From Microthyrium microscopicum (lineage: Eukaryota), in assembly GCA_010405405.1 (NCBI GenBank), contig MU004232.1, positions 1,693,481 through 1,757,480 of the forward strand: DNA of 64,000 nt, read 5' to 3'. The notes beneath the pieces were generated by a model, which was given only the letters and a program-made list of their open reading frames with translations, was not told where the DNA came from and did no database searches. Shown piece by piece: positions 1 through 12,500 of the stretch. Both the position numbers and the translations under genes were made by a program. How positions within the stretch are numbered: position 1 is the first letter of the stretch; every line of letters begins with the position of its first letter.

Positions 1-2964
1 GTTATGCACATCTGTCTGGAAAAGCGGGATCAAAATATCGTCGATCACACTCGCCAAATCGTGGTTTATCTCTCAAAAGCAGTTGCGCGAGGAAAGTCGA
101 AAGTTATAGAGTATCTTTTACTTCTCATCACGCCAAAAGCTATGGTTCAAGACAAAGATCAGCGACAAAGCTTCATACCAGCACCACAAGAAGCGGTTAA
201 TTTCCCTTATTTGGCTGACTTGAATCTTATATTTCCGGCTGGTCCTATGATGAGCCGCCAGCAGCGGCTTTCTCAAGGACAGCTGGCTTTGATCCTACTT
301 GTCGATCTGATTGTCACACCAACAGAGCTCGCTATGGAATATGTCCCACTTCTTTTACAAGTCGTGCTCATCTTATGGGATCACTATATTCCACGAGTAC
401 AAGAGGGCGCGCGGGAAATGTTGGTACATCTCATACACGAGCTTGTCATTTCAAAGATGGATGAAACATCCTCGAATCCTTCCAAAGAAAGCATTGAACA
501 ATTTATTGACATGATTAGACGGGAAGATGCGAAAGTCGTTTGGAGTTATGATGACTTTAACGGCAAAAAAGAGTCGTCAGACGGCAATCTTCGTGTCCCG
601 GAAAGCATGGTTTTCGTTGCGACTCAGGTCGTCGACATTTTCAGCATTCCCTATCCATCAATCAAAGAAGAGCTCGGTAAAACCACTCTGCGATGGGCTT
701 CAAACTGTCCGGTTCATCATCTGGCATGTCGTTCCTTCCAGGTCTTCCGAAGCATCTTGAGCTCCCTCGAACAACAAATGCTCGCTGATATGCTCGCTCG
801 CTTATCTAATACTATCGCCGACGAAGGTTCCGAGGTGCAAACATTCTCCATGGAAATTCTTACAACGCTCAAGACCATCATTGACGCCTTTGCGCCCATG
901 GACTTGATTCAGTATCCACAGCTTTTCTGGACAACTTGTGCATGCCTTGACACGGTGCATGAGCGCGAGTACACGGAGGCCTTGATTATGCTTGAGCGAA
1001 CGCTGGAAAAGCTTAATCTCTCTGACCCATTGATTCTTCAGCGGCTTCTTGATAGCAAGCCACCCAAGTGGGAAGGTAAATTTGAAGGACTGCTCAGTCT
1101 GGTCTACAAGGGAATAAGATCGTCCTTGTGTCTAGACAAGACCCTCAAAGTTATGGAGACTTTAGTCAAGCTGCCACCTAGTGAGCTAGTTGGCGATGAG
1201 ACTGGCTTAGTCTTTACGATATTGGCCAATTGCCCCCGATTTTTGGATGCCATGGAAGCTGGGCAACCTGATCCTGCCGTCTTTGCCACGGCAGAACGAC
1301 TGGCAGCTATTGCTGATGCTCGTAACTTTTCAGACATATCCGTGACGCTTCGAGGATTTGCCGGATCGATCTACCGCTCTGGGAGGGATTTCTTCTCCCG
1401 CTTACTGGATGCCATCAAACCTGCCTTCTTTCCACAGCTTGAGTTCAACTGCCTGGTCTTCCTTATGAGCCTGTTAACAAATCGCCTGCCCTGGTTCAAG
1501 ATTAAAGTCATGGAAATGCTGTGCTCCCTTATTCCGCAGATTGACATGAAGAAATCCGAGATCGCTAGCAAAGGTCCCGATCTCATCACGCCTCTGCTTC
1601 GTCTTTTACAGACTGAATTCTGTCCGCAGGCGCTCAACGTCCTTGACAACGTTGTCGGTATGAACGCAACGCCATTGGAGCACAAACATATCCGCATGAG
1701 CATGATCGGCGCAAATAGCAGTCGTGCAACAAGAAAGGAATACGAGAAAACCCAGAGCTTATACGGTATACCTGAGGAATCTGGCTGGGCAATCCCAATG
1801 CCAGCTATTCATATGCTGGCAACGAGAAACAATGTGCATTCTGTATTCTATACATGTGCCGCCCCGGGTATACCTGCTGCAATACCAGAGGCTACACCGA
1901 AGATTGAGCTTGTTGACGATGAGTTTAATGGCTCTTATTTCAACGACTACCGCACAGCCACTATGATGTCGGACGATACGCGAACCGATACCCACGTTGG
2001 AGATCTCATTACCCGCCTCGAAAGCCTCGACGATTTCTTCAACGACGAGGAAGACGATGAATTGGACTCACATCTAGGCCCGCTACCTAATACTGGAAAA
2101 TTCAGTGGTACGGCAGGTGATGGAAGAGAGAATCTTTATGAGGAACATATTTTTCCCATAATTCAAAAAGGACTAATGCGGAATGCTAGTGTCAGCTCTC
2201 TGCAAAACGGCTTCTCGGACGCCATACGCCTGTCGCCTTCGCGCGAAGCTGTGGTCATGACTCCTACGGCCTTCCACATGAACGAGCGCAATAAGATGAA
2301 TCTCGCCAGTGCCAGTGCCACAAACATCGCAGCCTCCTACTCCCACAATGTCCGCCCCGCTCTTCATTCCCGCTCCCAGACGTCCCCCAACACTAATGCC
2401 ATGTACGGCGAGACTATCGCCTCTCCTCCTGGCACTGCCATCTCCACTGATCACGCCATTGACGACTCGGCCTTTCTTTCAGACGATGACGGCTCTGTTC
2501 CCAGCGGTCGCCCATCCGTAGACTTACGTCCTACCGGCTGGGAAGCCAACGGCCACTATCGCTCTGCTACCGCCTCTTCCGCCTGGGACAAGGCCGGCTT
2601 CGATACTGACCTTCGTCCCTATCAGTCCCAACCACAGTACGCAAACCAACCACAGTCTAGTCAGTATCCATCTCAACATCCATATGGCTCTTATCACCAC
2701 CAACAGCAATCATCCGGCTCTTCGCAGTCTCGCACCGAATACGCCCCACAGCCTGTCCAGCCTGTCATGCAGCCTCCCCCCCTGCGCCCCGGACGTCTAC
2801 GCAACGGCTTCCGCAGCGGCATCCGTCGTCTCACAGGCGGCGGCGGCGACGCCAAGGAGAGTGCTGCGCGCCGCGAAATGATCCGTATGGACTTGGAGCG
2901 CAGTCCAATGGTGCCCAAGGTGCCTGAGATGTACCTGTCGAACCCAAAGAGCGCAGACCCATAA
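1..2964 (+). CDS. TAO3: Cell morphogenesis protein TAO3/PAG1/Mor2 (furry family), C-terminal part; 5' end lies upstream of the window
   Basis: 986-aa open frame with recognisable MOR2-PAG1 C-terminal motifs (WASNCPVHHLACRSFQVFR, MLADMLARLSNTI, PQLFWTTCACLDTVHEREY), followed by a low-complexity S/Q/P tail; stop TAA at 2962-2964. Confidence 0.92.
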   Translation, partial: VMHICLEKRDQNIVDHTRQIVVYLSKAVARGKSKVIEYLLLLITPKAMVQDKDQRQSFIPAPQEAVNFPYLADLNLIFPAGPMMSRQQRLSQGQLALILLVDLIVTPTELAMEYVPLLLQVVLILWDHYIPRVQEGAREMLVHLIHELVISKMDETSSNPSKESIEQFIDMIRREDAKVVWSYDDFNGKKESSDGNLRVPESMVFVATQVVDIFSIPYPSIKEELGKTTLRWASNCPVHHLACRSFQVFRSILSSLEQQMLADMLARLSNTIADEGSEVQTFSMEILTTLKTIIDAFAPMDLIQYPQLFWTTCACLDTVHEREYTEALIMLERTLEKLNLSDPLILQRLLDSKPPKWEGKFEGLLSLVYKGIRSSLCLDKTLKVMETLVKLPPSELVGDETGLVFTILANCPRFLDAMEAGQPDPAVFATAERLAAIADARNFSDISVTLRGFAGSIYRSGRDFFSRLLDAIKPAFFPQLEFNCLVFLMSLLTNRLPWFKIKVMEMLCSLIPQIDMKKSEIASKGPDLITPLLRLLQTEFCPQALNVLDNVVGMNATPLEHKHIRMSMIGANSSRATRKEYEKTQSLYGIPEESGWAIPMPAIHMLATRNNVHSVFYTCAAPGIPAAIPEATPKIELVDDEFNGSYFNDYRTATMMSDDTRTDTHVGDLITRLESLDDFFNDEEDDELDSHLGPLPNTGKFSGTAGDGRENLYEEHIFPIIQKGLMRNASVSSLQNGFSDAIRLSPSREAVVMTPTAFHMNERNKMNLASASATNIAASYSHNVRPALHSRSQTSPNTNAMYGETIASPPGTAISTDHAIDDSAFLSDDDGSVPSGRPSVDLRPTGWEANGHYRSATASSAWDKAGFDTDLRPYQSQPQYANQPQSSQYPSQHPYGSYHHQQQSSGSSQSRTEYAPQPVQPVMQPPPLRPGRLRNGFRSGIRRLTGGGGDAKESAARREMIRMDLERSPMVPKVPEMYLSNPKSADP

Positions 2965-5020
2965 CCGTCACACTCAATCTGCAGTAAACGGGCCGACTAC
3001 CACACGGCGGGCACCCCCCACCTCTCTGCCGGATCATTGGGATTCTTTTGCACGCGCAAACCGCATCATGTTGCCGGTTCTTGTGCCCAGTCCCGTGGCA
3101 GAGTCTGGCACATACCTGTCAGTACCAATAATTGTGCCGATGATTAGGCCGCTCAGTATTCACTTAAGCTTCGAGAAAGCTGTGCGTCGTGCAGCTGGCA
3201 ACCGCAGTGCCGCAGGGGCAAACCCACCATTCGATAGTCCCAGACTGGCAAGTTTTACGAAAAGCGAGTTTTGACAAGTAATTCTTTTTTGACATTTAAC
3301 GCGTCGCGACCAATGTCCGGCTTTCTTCAGCGCTGATGGGCATTTCCTCGGCGTTTTATTGGCTGCTTATTTCCCTGATATTTTATTTTTATTTTTTGGT
3401 CGAATCTGTATGGGGGCGATTTTTTACAAACCTGATACCTGTAACTTGCGGATATTTTTTTTCTTGTTTTGCGGATGATACACCCAACCTTATCCGCTAC
3501 CTCTTTCAGTCATCTATTGGTTGGTTTTGGCGCAAAATATCGCATCGTTTTTACTCGTTTTGCTGGAGGGTTTATATACATCCTACTTGCCTTTATTCGT
3601 AGTGTCTTGTTAAAACATATTCTCGCATGTGGTTCCTAGGCAGGTCTCCTTGGACCAGTTGGTGGCGTTAACTTTTCAATGGGCGGTTTGAGACGCAGAT
3701 CTTGTGGGATTAGGTTGTAGTTGTAGTGTTTTCTTTGTTCACGGATTGTGGACGAATGAAAGTTGATTGAATATGTCTACATTTTACTAGTCGAATGACA
3801 AAGCTTGAACTGTGTATACATCGCCACTGGTTATCGCCCTGTGCCGTAGGCCATATGTTGGTTGTGGTCATCTGCTACTTTTGTACGTACTATGTATGCA
3901 CAATGCGGTTCCTTTGACCGGTTCTACTGGGCGGATTTGGTAGGATTTGCGGGTACCTGGCGGAGATATAAATCTGAATCCTTCACGAAATGCACGGAAA
4001 GTTGTTGCTTCGCTATCGGATGGATATTGCTGGGAGGCTCGTTTAACAGGTTCAACACGGTCAATTTATAACGCTTCCATCTATTCTATCAAAATTCGCG
4101 CTCACAACGCTTCATATTTAACCTCGTCCATCAACGCTCTTAGATCATCCCATATCAGAGCCAAAGATGAATATCTTCTAGTCAAAATAGGCAAAAACAA
4201 GCCAGCCAAACAGACAAAAGTCACTAGTTACATTGTTTCTAATTGGCGATCGACTGCATGTTACTTGCTTCGCAAATGGGACCCAACTTGGAGGAGTGCA
4301 GTTGCAGAACTGTTGCAGTGTGTGTGCATTAGGTCCCTGGAAAGCGGCTGCATACATGTATGCAGTCCGCTCGAAAAACGCCCAACACGAACATTTGCTC
4401 TGACGGAAGGATTTTTTTTGAGGCGGTTGCTTGGTTGTTGTTGTTGTTGTTGGGATTTTCGTCTACGTTAATTTGTGAAATGCATTTCAACAATAGGGTT
4501 GGAGGTTGGAAAAGGACGCGGCCCGTTTGCGGTTGAATGTGTTGATACTAGGTTGGTTTTCATAGGTTGGTTTTCAATGTTGCGTTCGTGATGATGGTTT
4601 TGTGAAAGGGTTGGGTGATTGGAGATGATGCTGCTATCCTTGCGTGGTTACTACTGCGGGGAATTGTGGTCAAGTTTGGATGGGCAGTGACCGGAGGTGG
4701 TATCGTGTATGACGGAAAGTTGAGTTTATACGCGGCTCTGCTTGCCTGGGTTGGTGGTGGATTCTGTTGATTGGAGTCTGGGCGAGGTGTTTGCTGGCAC
4801 AAATGTTGGTTTCACGACATGAGGTTTTTGATATCAGGCGAGCTGTCAGCGTTAGTACTAGTCGGGATGTATGATATCAGAAGATGCTTTATTAGCAATG
4901 GCGTAGGAGAGTCAAAATTGTCTTGGTAGACCTCAGTAGTCGTGGTGGTTCAGTCGGACTGAGAAGTTTTGATTTTAGCTGGGACAACTTGGTTACCTCT
5001 ATTACTCCGCTACTACGCGT

Positions 5021-5262
5021 TGATAGCTAGATTACTAACCCATGGTCCTTAGCACTGCACGGACCCAATGGCGCGAACTACGTCTAAAGGCACAGAAATA
5101 GGCAAGATCTTAACTTACTTTAATTATTAAGATATACGTTATATAGCTAAATTAAGTACGTCTTTTATATCTAATTTATATCCTCTTATCTTCTAAATTC
5201 TATAACGTATATTTAAATATATAATAGAAGCGCTAGCCTATTTAGAGATTTATATATAATTA
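5021..5262 (+). repeat. 5' LTR (242 bp)
   Basis: tgatagctagattactaacccatggtcc...tatatataatta aligns without gaps to 20746-20987; the differences inspected are C/T or G/A transitions. Confidence 0.95.
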
Positions 5263-5265
5263 AAT

Positions 5266-5283
5266 TAGGGGCTAAATTATAGA
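5266..5283 (+). promoter_or_regulatory. Putative primer-binding site, possibly tRNA-Pro type (RIP-mutated)
   Basis: taggggct begins 3 nt after the 5' LTR and reverts to TGGGGGCT with one RIP change, matching the start of tRNA-Pro PBS sequences. The remainder is too mutated to check. Confidence 0.45.
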
Positions 5284-5999
5284 ACTTCTAAACTTTATAT
5301 AATTAAGTAATATAATTAAATAATAAATAATAAGTTTTAATAATAAATAAGCAATTTAAAAGATAACAAATTAATATAGAACGAATATTAGCTATAAGCT
5401 AATAGAAAGTAAATTTAAATAATCTAACATACTTATAGTAGCTAATATAAAATAATAAATAGCTATAGATATTATTAAACTATTAGGTATACCTAAAGCA
5501 TTAAATTTAAATTAATAAATAATAATTATTTATAAAGAATATAGTAACTATTAAAATATAATAAGAAAGTAAAAAATAACTAAGCTAGCTAAATATTAGT
5601 ACTCCTATTACTATTAGTTTAACTATATACTTTTAGAATAGTTCTTACTATATAAAATAATAGTTCCTATATACTATAAGGATATATAGCTATATACTAG
5701 TTATTTATAGTAAGTAGTATAATTTTTAATATTATAGTTAATTTTCTAGCTAGAATAGAGTTACTATTAAACTTATAAATAATACTATAATTAGATTACT
5801 AGTAAGCAAAATTTTTAAATTTACGTAAGTTTAACTATTAAGCTATTATTTTATAATTTAGGCTTACTATTATAACTTCCTTATTAAGGGCATCTTATAA
5901 ATAAGACTTCTTTAGGTTAGATTATTTATTAGCTTATACTTTTACCCTATAACTACTAGACTAAGATTAGAAGCCTTAAGGACTTCTTCTTTTCTTAAT

Positions 6000-8900
6000 C
6001 TTTATTATTTTTATCTATTATACTTTTTATATATATTATTTTATACTTATTAATTTAATTTAATACTATACTACTTTACCTTTTAAAATTAGCTTTAAGA
6101 AACTTCTTACCTCTTATTACTATTATAGCTAGCTTATTATTTTAAATAGTATAAGAATAAATAGAAAGAAAGAGTTATTTAGCTTAGATTAAAGTTATTA
6201 ACTATAGTTTAAAAACTATTAATAAAATTTATTACTTCTCTAACCTAGTACTCCTATTTAAGAAAGAGTATTATTAGCTCTATTAGACGTTAATCTCTTA
6301 ATAACTACGCCTAGAAGGCTTTTATAGATTCTATTATTATTACTAATAGAAATCTAAGGCTCTTATATATCTATTTTACTAAATATACCTAAGTTTTTAT
6401 TTTTTAACATTATAGTAATTAAGGCTACTTACTCTTTTAAAATCTTTTATAAATAATACTAATAGTATACTTTATACTACTTTAAGTAGAACTTTAGCCT
6501 ATTAGCTAAAGTTAAAGTATTAGCGTCTCCTAAAAGATCTCCTTTAGTTTCTTCTCCTAAGAAGAGGAAATAATTATCTATATTATTTATTTTAGATAGT
6601 AAATTTAATAAATAATTCTTTACTACTTCTTCTATTATAAAAGATTAAGGCAGTATCTATATTATAAGCTAATATAGTAATTTAGATTTATTAATTTATT
6701 TATTTACTAAATCTACCTTAATTAATAAATTTAATAGCCTCTATAATTAAGATATTTAGGCTTATACTAATAGTTATTATTAATTAGCTAAAATCTTACT
6801 TTATAGTAATAGTTTTAATTAAGGTTTTAATAAAGAGATTAAAGACTTAAAAAATAAGGTTACTAGAAGCTTTATAGTTACTAACCTTACCTTACCTATT
6901 TAGGAATAGAACTAAGTATATAATATTACTTAAGGCTATATATATAATAACTTTATATAAATTTTAACTATTAAGATAAATAGATAAAATTAAACGCTAA
7001 TCTCTAATACTTTAAAAAAAGCTAAGACTATAGTTAAAGAAGCTATACTTATTAATAATTATATTAATAAGTTTTATAATCTTTCTTATATTATTAAGAA
7101 ATTATATAATTAGAATATTTATTCTAATATAGTTTATAACTATAGAAAGATAACTATAGTTAACTATTACTCTAATTAAGTAAAGTACTATAATATTACT
7201 TTTAAGAAAGCTATAAAGTTTATTACTTATGTCTTTAATAAGGCTTACTTACCTAAAAAAGTTAAGATTAAAGACTAATTACGCACTAATTTATAAATCT
7301 AAGATCTAGTTAATTTATTAAGATAAGTAGTAATAATACTAACTCTAGCTTTATAACTATAGCTAAGATAAAATTATTCTTAAAATAATTAGAATATTTA
7401 AATAGATAATTTTTAGCCTCTATATAACTAGAGTAGCTAGCTTAACTAGATAAGAGGCTAGTAGGGATATATATAGCTTTAGTAATAGTATTAACTAATC
7501 TATTCTTAATAAGGACTTAGAAGCTACCCTATATAGCTAGCTAATAATAAATAATAATACTAAGAAGATCTAAATCCTTTAATATTAGCTTTACTTATAC
7601 TATAAAGAGTTAGCTAGCTAAGACTTTCTAGTAATACTTATAACTATTTAGATAATTAGAACTAATTAAGTTATTATAATTCTTATAGTATTAGTAAATA
7701 CTAACTATTAACTTACTTTAGTTATAGCGTATTAAGTATAAAAAGGAGTAACTATCTAACTTACTATTAGAAAGGACAATCTAATAGCTAATAATAATAA
7801 CCTTCTCTAAACTATTCTACTCTTATAAATCCTCTAGTAATAGTAGTAGTATAAGTATTATAGTAAGAAGTAAATAGAGTTATTAGAGATTATTACCTTA
7901 ATATTTAGAGACTTAAAATTAGGAATAGATTCTATAATACTAATAATAAAGATTAGGAAGAGCCTACTTAGCGTAAATACGTTAATAATATAAATACTTT
8001 TAGTTTAAGCTAGAGTAAGAATAAAGCTAGTAAGTTAACCTTATAGCTAGAAGGTATAGAATTTAAAAATACTACTTTAGCTAATATAGTTAAATATACT
8101 TAATATAATATTAATAATAATAAGGATAAAAATTTGCGCCTTTATAAAACCTAAGCCTAACTAGATAATTAGGACCTAAATATAAATAATAATTTTAAGT
8201 TCCTTAAAGATACTAAGATTCTAAAATTTTAACTCTTTAAAGGAATAAAAGGAAAGAGCTTTATAGATATTACTAAGATCTTACTTAGGCGTCTTATTAG
8301 CCTAAAAGATAGCATTATAATAAAAAATATTATAAATTATTCTCTTTACCTTACTTAATAACTAGGTATAGCATTATAATAAAATAAAATAATCTCTCTT
8401 ATAATTTAGTCTTATAAAGATAAGATCTAATAAGAAAATAAAGCTTAGATAAAGAAGTAAATAGTAATATATAATACCTAGCCTAAGAAAATAATTCCTA
8501 CTACTAAGGAGTATATTTAAAGCCTAATTTTCTTATAAGTAACCTTAGCTAATACTAATTATTACGTATTAATAATAAAAGAAAATTAGATAGATACTTT
8601 AAATATAGTATATAAAGTAAACTTTATAGATACTAATAAGTAATTAATAAAAGCTATTACTAAGAATACTTTATATAGTTATCTAATTCTAGATACTAAT
8701 ATATTAAGATATATTTTCTATACTTAGGTATATATTACTATACTAGTTAGAAAAGAATATATTTTATATAAAGTTTTTCTAAATAAAGACTCTACTATAA
8801 ACCTTATTAATATCTATATAGCTAAAAAGATAGGTCTTAAGAAGTAAGAATTTAAGCTAATATATATTACTTTTATTAGTAGCTTTTAATCTACTCTAAA

Positions 8901-9500
8901 TATAGAAGTAGAGATTATTCTTAATATTAGTAATACTATTTATAGTATTTAATACTATTTTATTCTAGAAATAGTTTACTATAGTATTCTTTTAAGTTTC
9001 TATTAATCTAAAAGTATAAATATACTAAAGTAAAGTAAGTATAGGCTTTCTATAATAGTTAATAAAAAGAATTATTAAGTTACCCTAGATTTTTATTATT
9101 ATAATAAAATAAAGAGAGAAGAGCCTAAAATATAGGTTACCTTAAGAAATTTACTTCTCTAAGTAGATAAACTTATTTTTTTAATTTATAAATTAGTAAA
9201 GGAAGTCCTCTTATAATTTCTATTAATAGTTTAATAGATTAGCCTAACCTTAGATACTAAATATTATACTTACTTAATAAATAATAAAGAACTAATAAGA
9301 ATTATAAATAAAGTTTATTAATAAGTCTTAATCTAAAACTTAAGTAAAGAGAATTATAAAGCTATAAAGGCACTATTAATTAACGCTTTAGAGTTAACTT
9401 AAGATATATTAATAAAGGTTATTTAATAACTTTTAAAAGTACTTTGCTAATAGATACCCTAAAGACTACTAACATACCTAAATATATAAAGCCTTATATA
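6000..9500 (+). pseudogene. gag: RIP-decayed gag-protease ORF (frame +1); ends approximate
   Basis: Frame +1 is codon-like throughout (e.g. SSPKKRK near 6550). Cys cluster at about 7711-7765. Aspartic-protease-like motif at about 8773-8808: gtt ttt cta aat aaa gac tct act ata aac ctt att, de-RIP VFLD(G)GSTVNLI. Confidence 0.65.
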
Positions 9501-12500
9501 TATACTTTATTTATAAAATATACTTTTACTATAGATATAATATATAGTATAATTATAGAATATATAAGCGTTAGTAGTCTTAAGTTTAGAAAAAAGAAGG
9601 AAATTAAGTAAAAGATTAGTTCTAAAGATTATATTAACCTTAATAATATTAACTATAAAGAAATATATAATTATAAGTCTTATTTAAAAGTAGTATACTA
9701 AGAATATTTAATAAATTTATATAACTATTATTTATACTTATCTTCTTTTTTTATAATAACTTAAGCCTACTACCCTAATAATTTAGTAATATAAGGAATT
9801 TCTAGTTATTTAATATAAATCTTCTTAGACTTTTTACTTAGCTAGAGAGTTTAATTATAATAATATTTATTATCTATACGTTTAAGTATACTAAATAAAA
9901 TAGACTTAATTAAGAGAATATATTTAAACGTAGACAAGTTATTATCTAAAGAAAAGTCTTTAATATAGCTTAGAGTATACCTAAATAAATAAAAAGAAAG
10001 AAAATTATAATATATAAGATAATAAAAAAAATTACCTATAATATATTTAATTATAAAGCTTCTAGAAAGCTTAAGTATTAACTAGCTAATAGTTATTTTT
10101 TATAATTAGGATAAATAATTAGTAAAGGAAGGCTATATATAGTTAGTTACTAAAGAACTTCTTTATAAAGTAGAATTTAGTAGTATTAATTTTAAGCCTA
10201 AGAGTGCTCCTATTCTTTTAAATATAGCTAAAAAAGATATACTTATAAAGAAGTTAAAGAAAAACTTATTATAAAATCCTTATTAAGACCTTATATATAT
10301 ACTAAAAGATTAGCCCTATATTAACTTACTAAAGGCATTACTTATAAGTTTAAGTATATTTAATCCTTTATAGAATTTAGTATATTAAGAACTTCTTATA
10401 TTAGGACTAAGTAATACGTAGTATTTATTTATTAAATAAGCATTCTTATATAAATATTACTTAGAACTTATTACTAATAGTTTAAATATACTCCCTCTAT
10501 TATTTAAAAAATTAGGAAAAAGAGGAATAGAAGATTAGTTATAAATTCTAATCTTTTCTTTAATAAAGAAAGAGTTAAATATATAAAATAGATAAATCTC
10601 TACTACTATTAGTTTAAATATACTATTTCTAAGAGTTAAGGAAAAATCTACTTAATAAAAGGATTTAATTACTTAAGCTTCTTTACTTAATTCTACTATA
10701 GATTTAGTAAAGTAATTAGAAATATTATAAAACTATAAAAGTAATATTTCTATTATAAATCATAGAAATAATTTAAGCTTATTAAATTAATAAGATCTAA
10801 TAGATGCTACTATATTAATAATATTAGGATTAACTAATAACCTTAATATAAAATATTCTACGCTTAAGGCTATTTAAACTATATAGCTTAGCTTAAAGAA
10901 CTTATAAAGAAAAGGATAGTTTCTTTCTAAAGAACTTAAAAAACTAGTATAGAACTATATATAGGTAGTAAGTATATATTATTTAAAGTATTAAAGAGGT
11001 ATAAAGATTTTAAGATCTTTAATAATTAAAGCTTTTTAAAACTTATTACTATAATATAATTTAAGTAAAGGAAAGAATATTAATCTAGAAAGCTAAACTA
11101 CGCCTATTTCTTTAATAATAACCTAAATCTTATAAAATTTTCTATAGAATTTTAAGAAGTAGGTAAGTTTTAAATTTAGACTAGATACTAACTTTAAAGA
11201 TAGAATAATACTAGTATAAAAATTAACTTAAGTAATATTAAGAAGGAATAAATCCTAGAAGGCTACTCCTATATATTTAAACTTACTTAATTTATATATT
11301 TTTTAATAGTATTAAAATAAATTAGCCTTAAGATATAAAAACCTATTACTTATATTAACCTATATTATTATTATAAACCCTAACGAAATACTTAAAGGAA
11401 AAGAGGACTATAAGAAGAAAATTAAGAGTCTAATTATACTTATTAGTTTAAATATAGCTTTAAAAATAGATTCTACTTAAGACTTAGAAGATCTATATAT
11501 AATTAACTTTATACTAAATAGGACTTACTTCTAAGGAGAAGAAAAGCCTAGCTAGAGAGAAGCTTCTTTTATTTATAGATTAACTTACGTACTAAAAAGA
11601 ATAAATTCCTAAGATCTTATTATAATAAAGTAGATTCTACTATATTAACTACTTAATAGCTTTTTAGTAAAATCCTTACTAGATAAATATTAATTAATAA
11701 TTAATATAACTAAATTATAAAGAGTAAAGGCACTATTACTAGATATAGTAGTAAACTCTATAGCTAGGAATATAATAAGAATAGGACTAAAATAGTAAAT
11801 TAAATAGCTAAAACCTCTATATCTTAGTAATATGCTATAAGGAATATAGAAATATTACTTTAATAAAATAATTAGTAGAAAAAAGTCTAAATCTATTAAT
11901 ATAGTAATAAAAGATAAAACTATAACCTTAAAAAAGATCTTATATTAAGAGAAAGAGAAGTAGCTTAATTTATTAAAAAAGCGCTATTAATATAAGAAGC
12001 TTTACTTACTTTATAAATCTCTATTAAGAGTTAATAAGGTAAAACTAATTCTCTCTACTAATTTAATACTAGTATATATATATAATAAGATATATAAATA
12101 AGTAGTACTAGGATTTTCTACTAACTACTAGCCTAAGAATTCTTATTACTTAATATTAAATACGCTTAAAGGTATAATTATAGCCTAAATCTTTACTTAA
12201 ATTAAGGCAAGCTTAGGCTTTATTAATAGTACGCTAATAACTAGTACGTAGTAGAGAAAACTTTACTACGTATTATATACTTAAAGAGATCTTTTTACTA
12301 AATTATTAAAGTATATTTAGATAATAGATCTTATTATATATTATATTCTAACTTATTTAAAAGCTATACTAAAAGTAATACTACTTAAGATTCTAATAGA
12401 GAAAGATAAAGCTTACTAAATAGTAGTTATTTTAAAGCTACTAGAAGTAATAATTATAATATACTATATCTTAAATTAGGCTATAAGAGAATAATTAGTA

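Noticed and set aside
3068..4802. Short ORFs downstream of TAO3, including the 174-aa ORF with a poly-Cys run
   Set aside because: UTR-like T-rich composition and non-ATG starts for most; the Cys run is just the (GTT)6 microsatellite at 4434-4451.
11720..11775. Second aspartic protease motif (ALLLD...)
   Set aside because: The codons after GAT (ata gta) cannot revert to D-T/S-G by RIP transitions.
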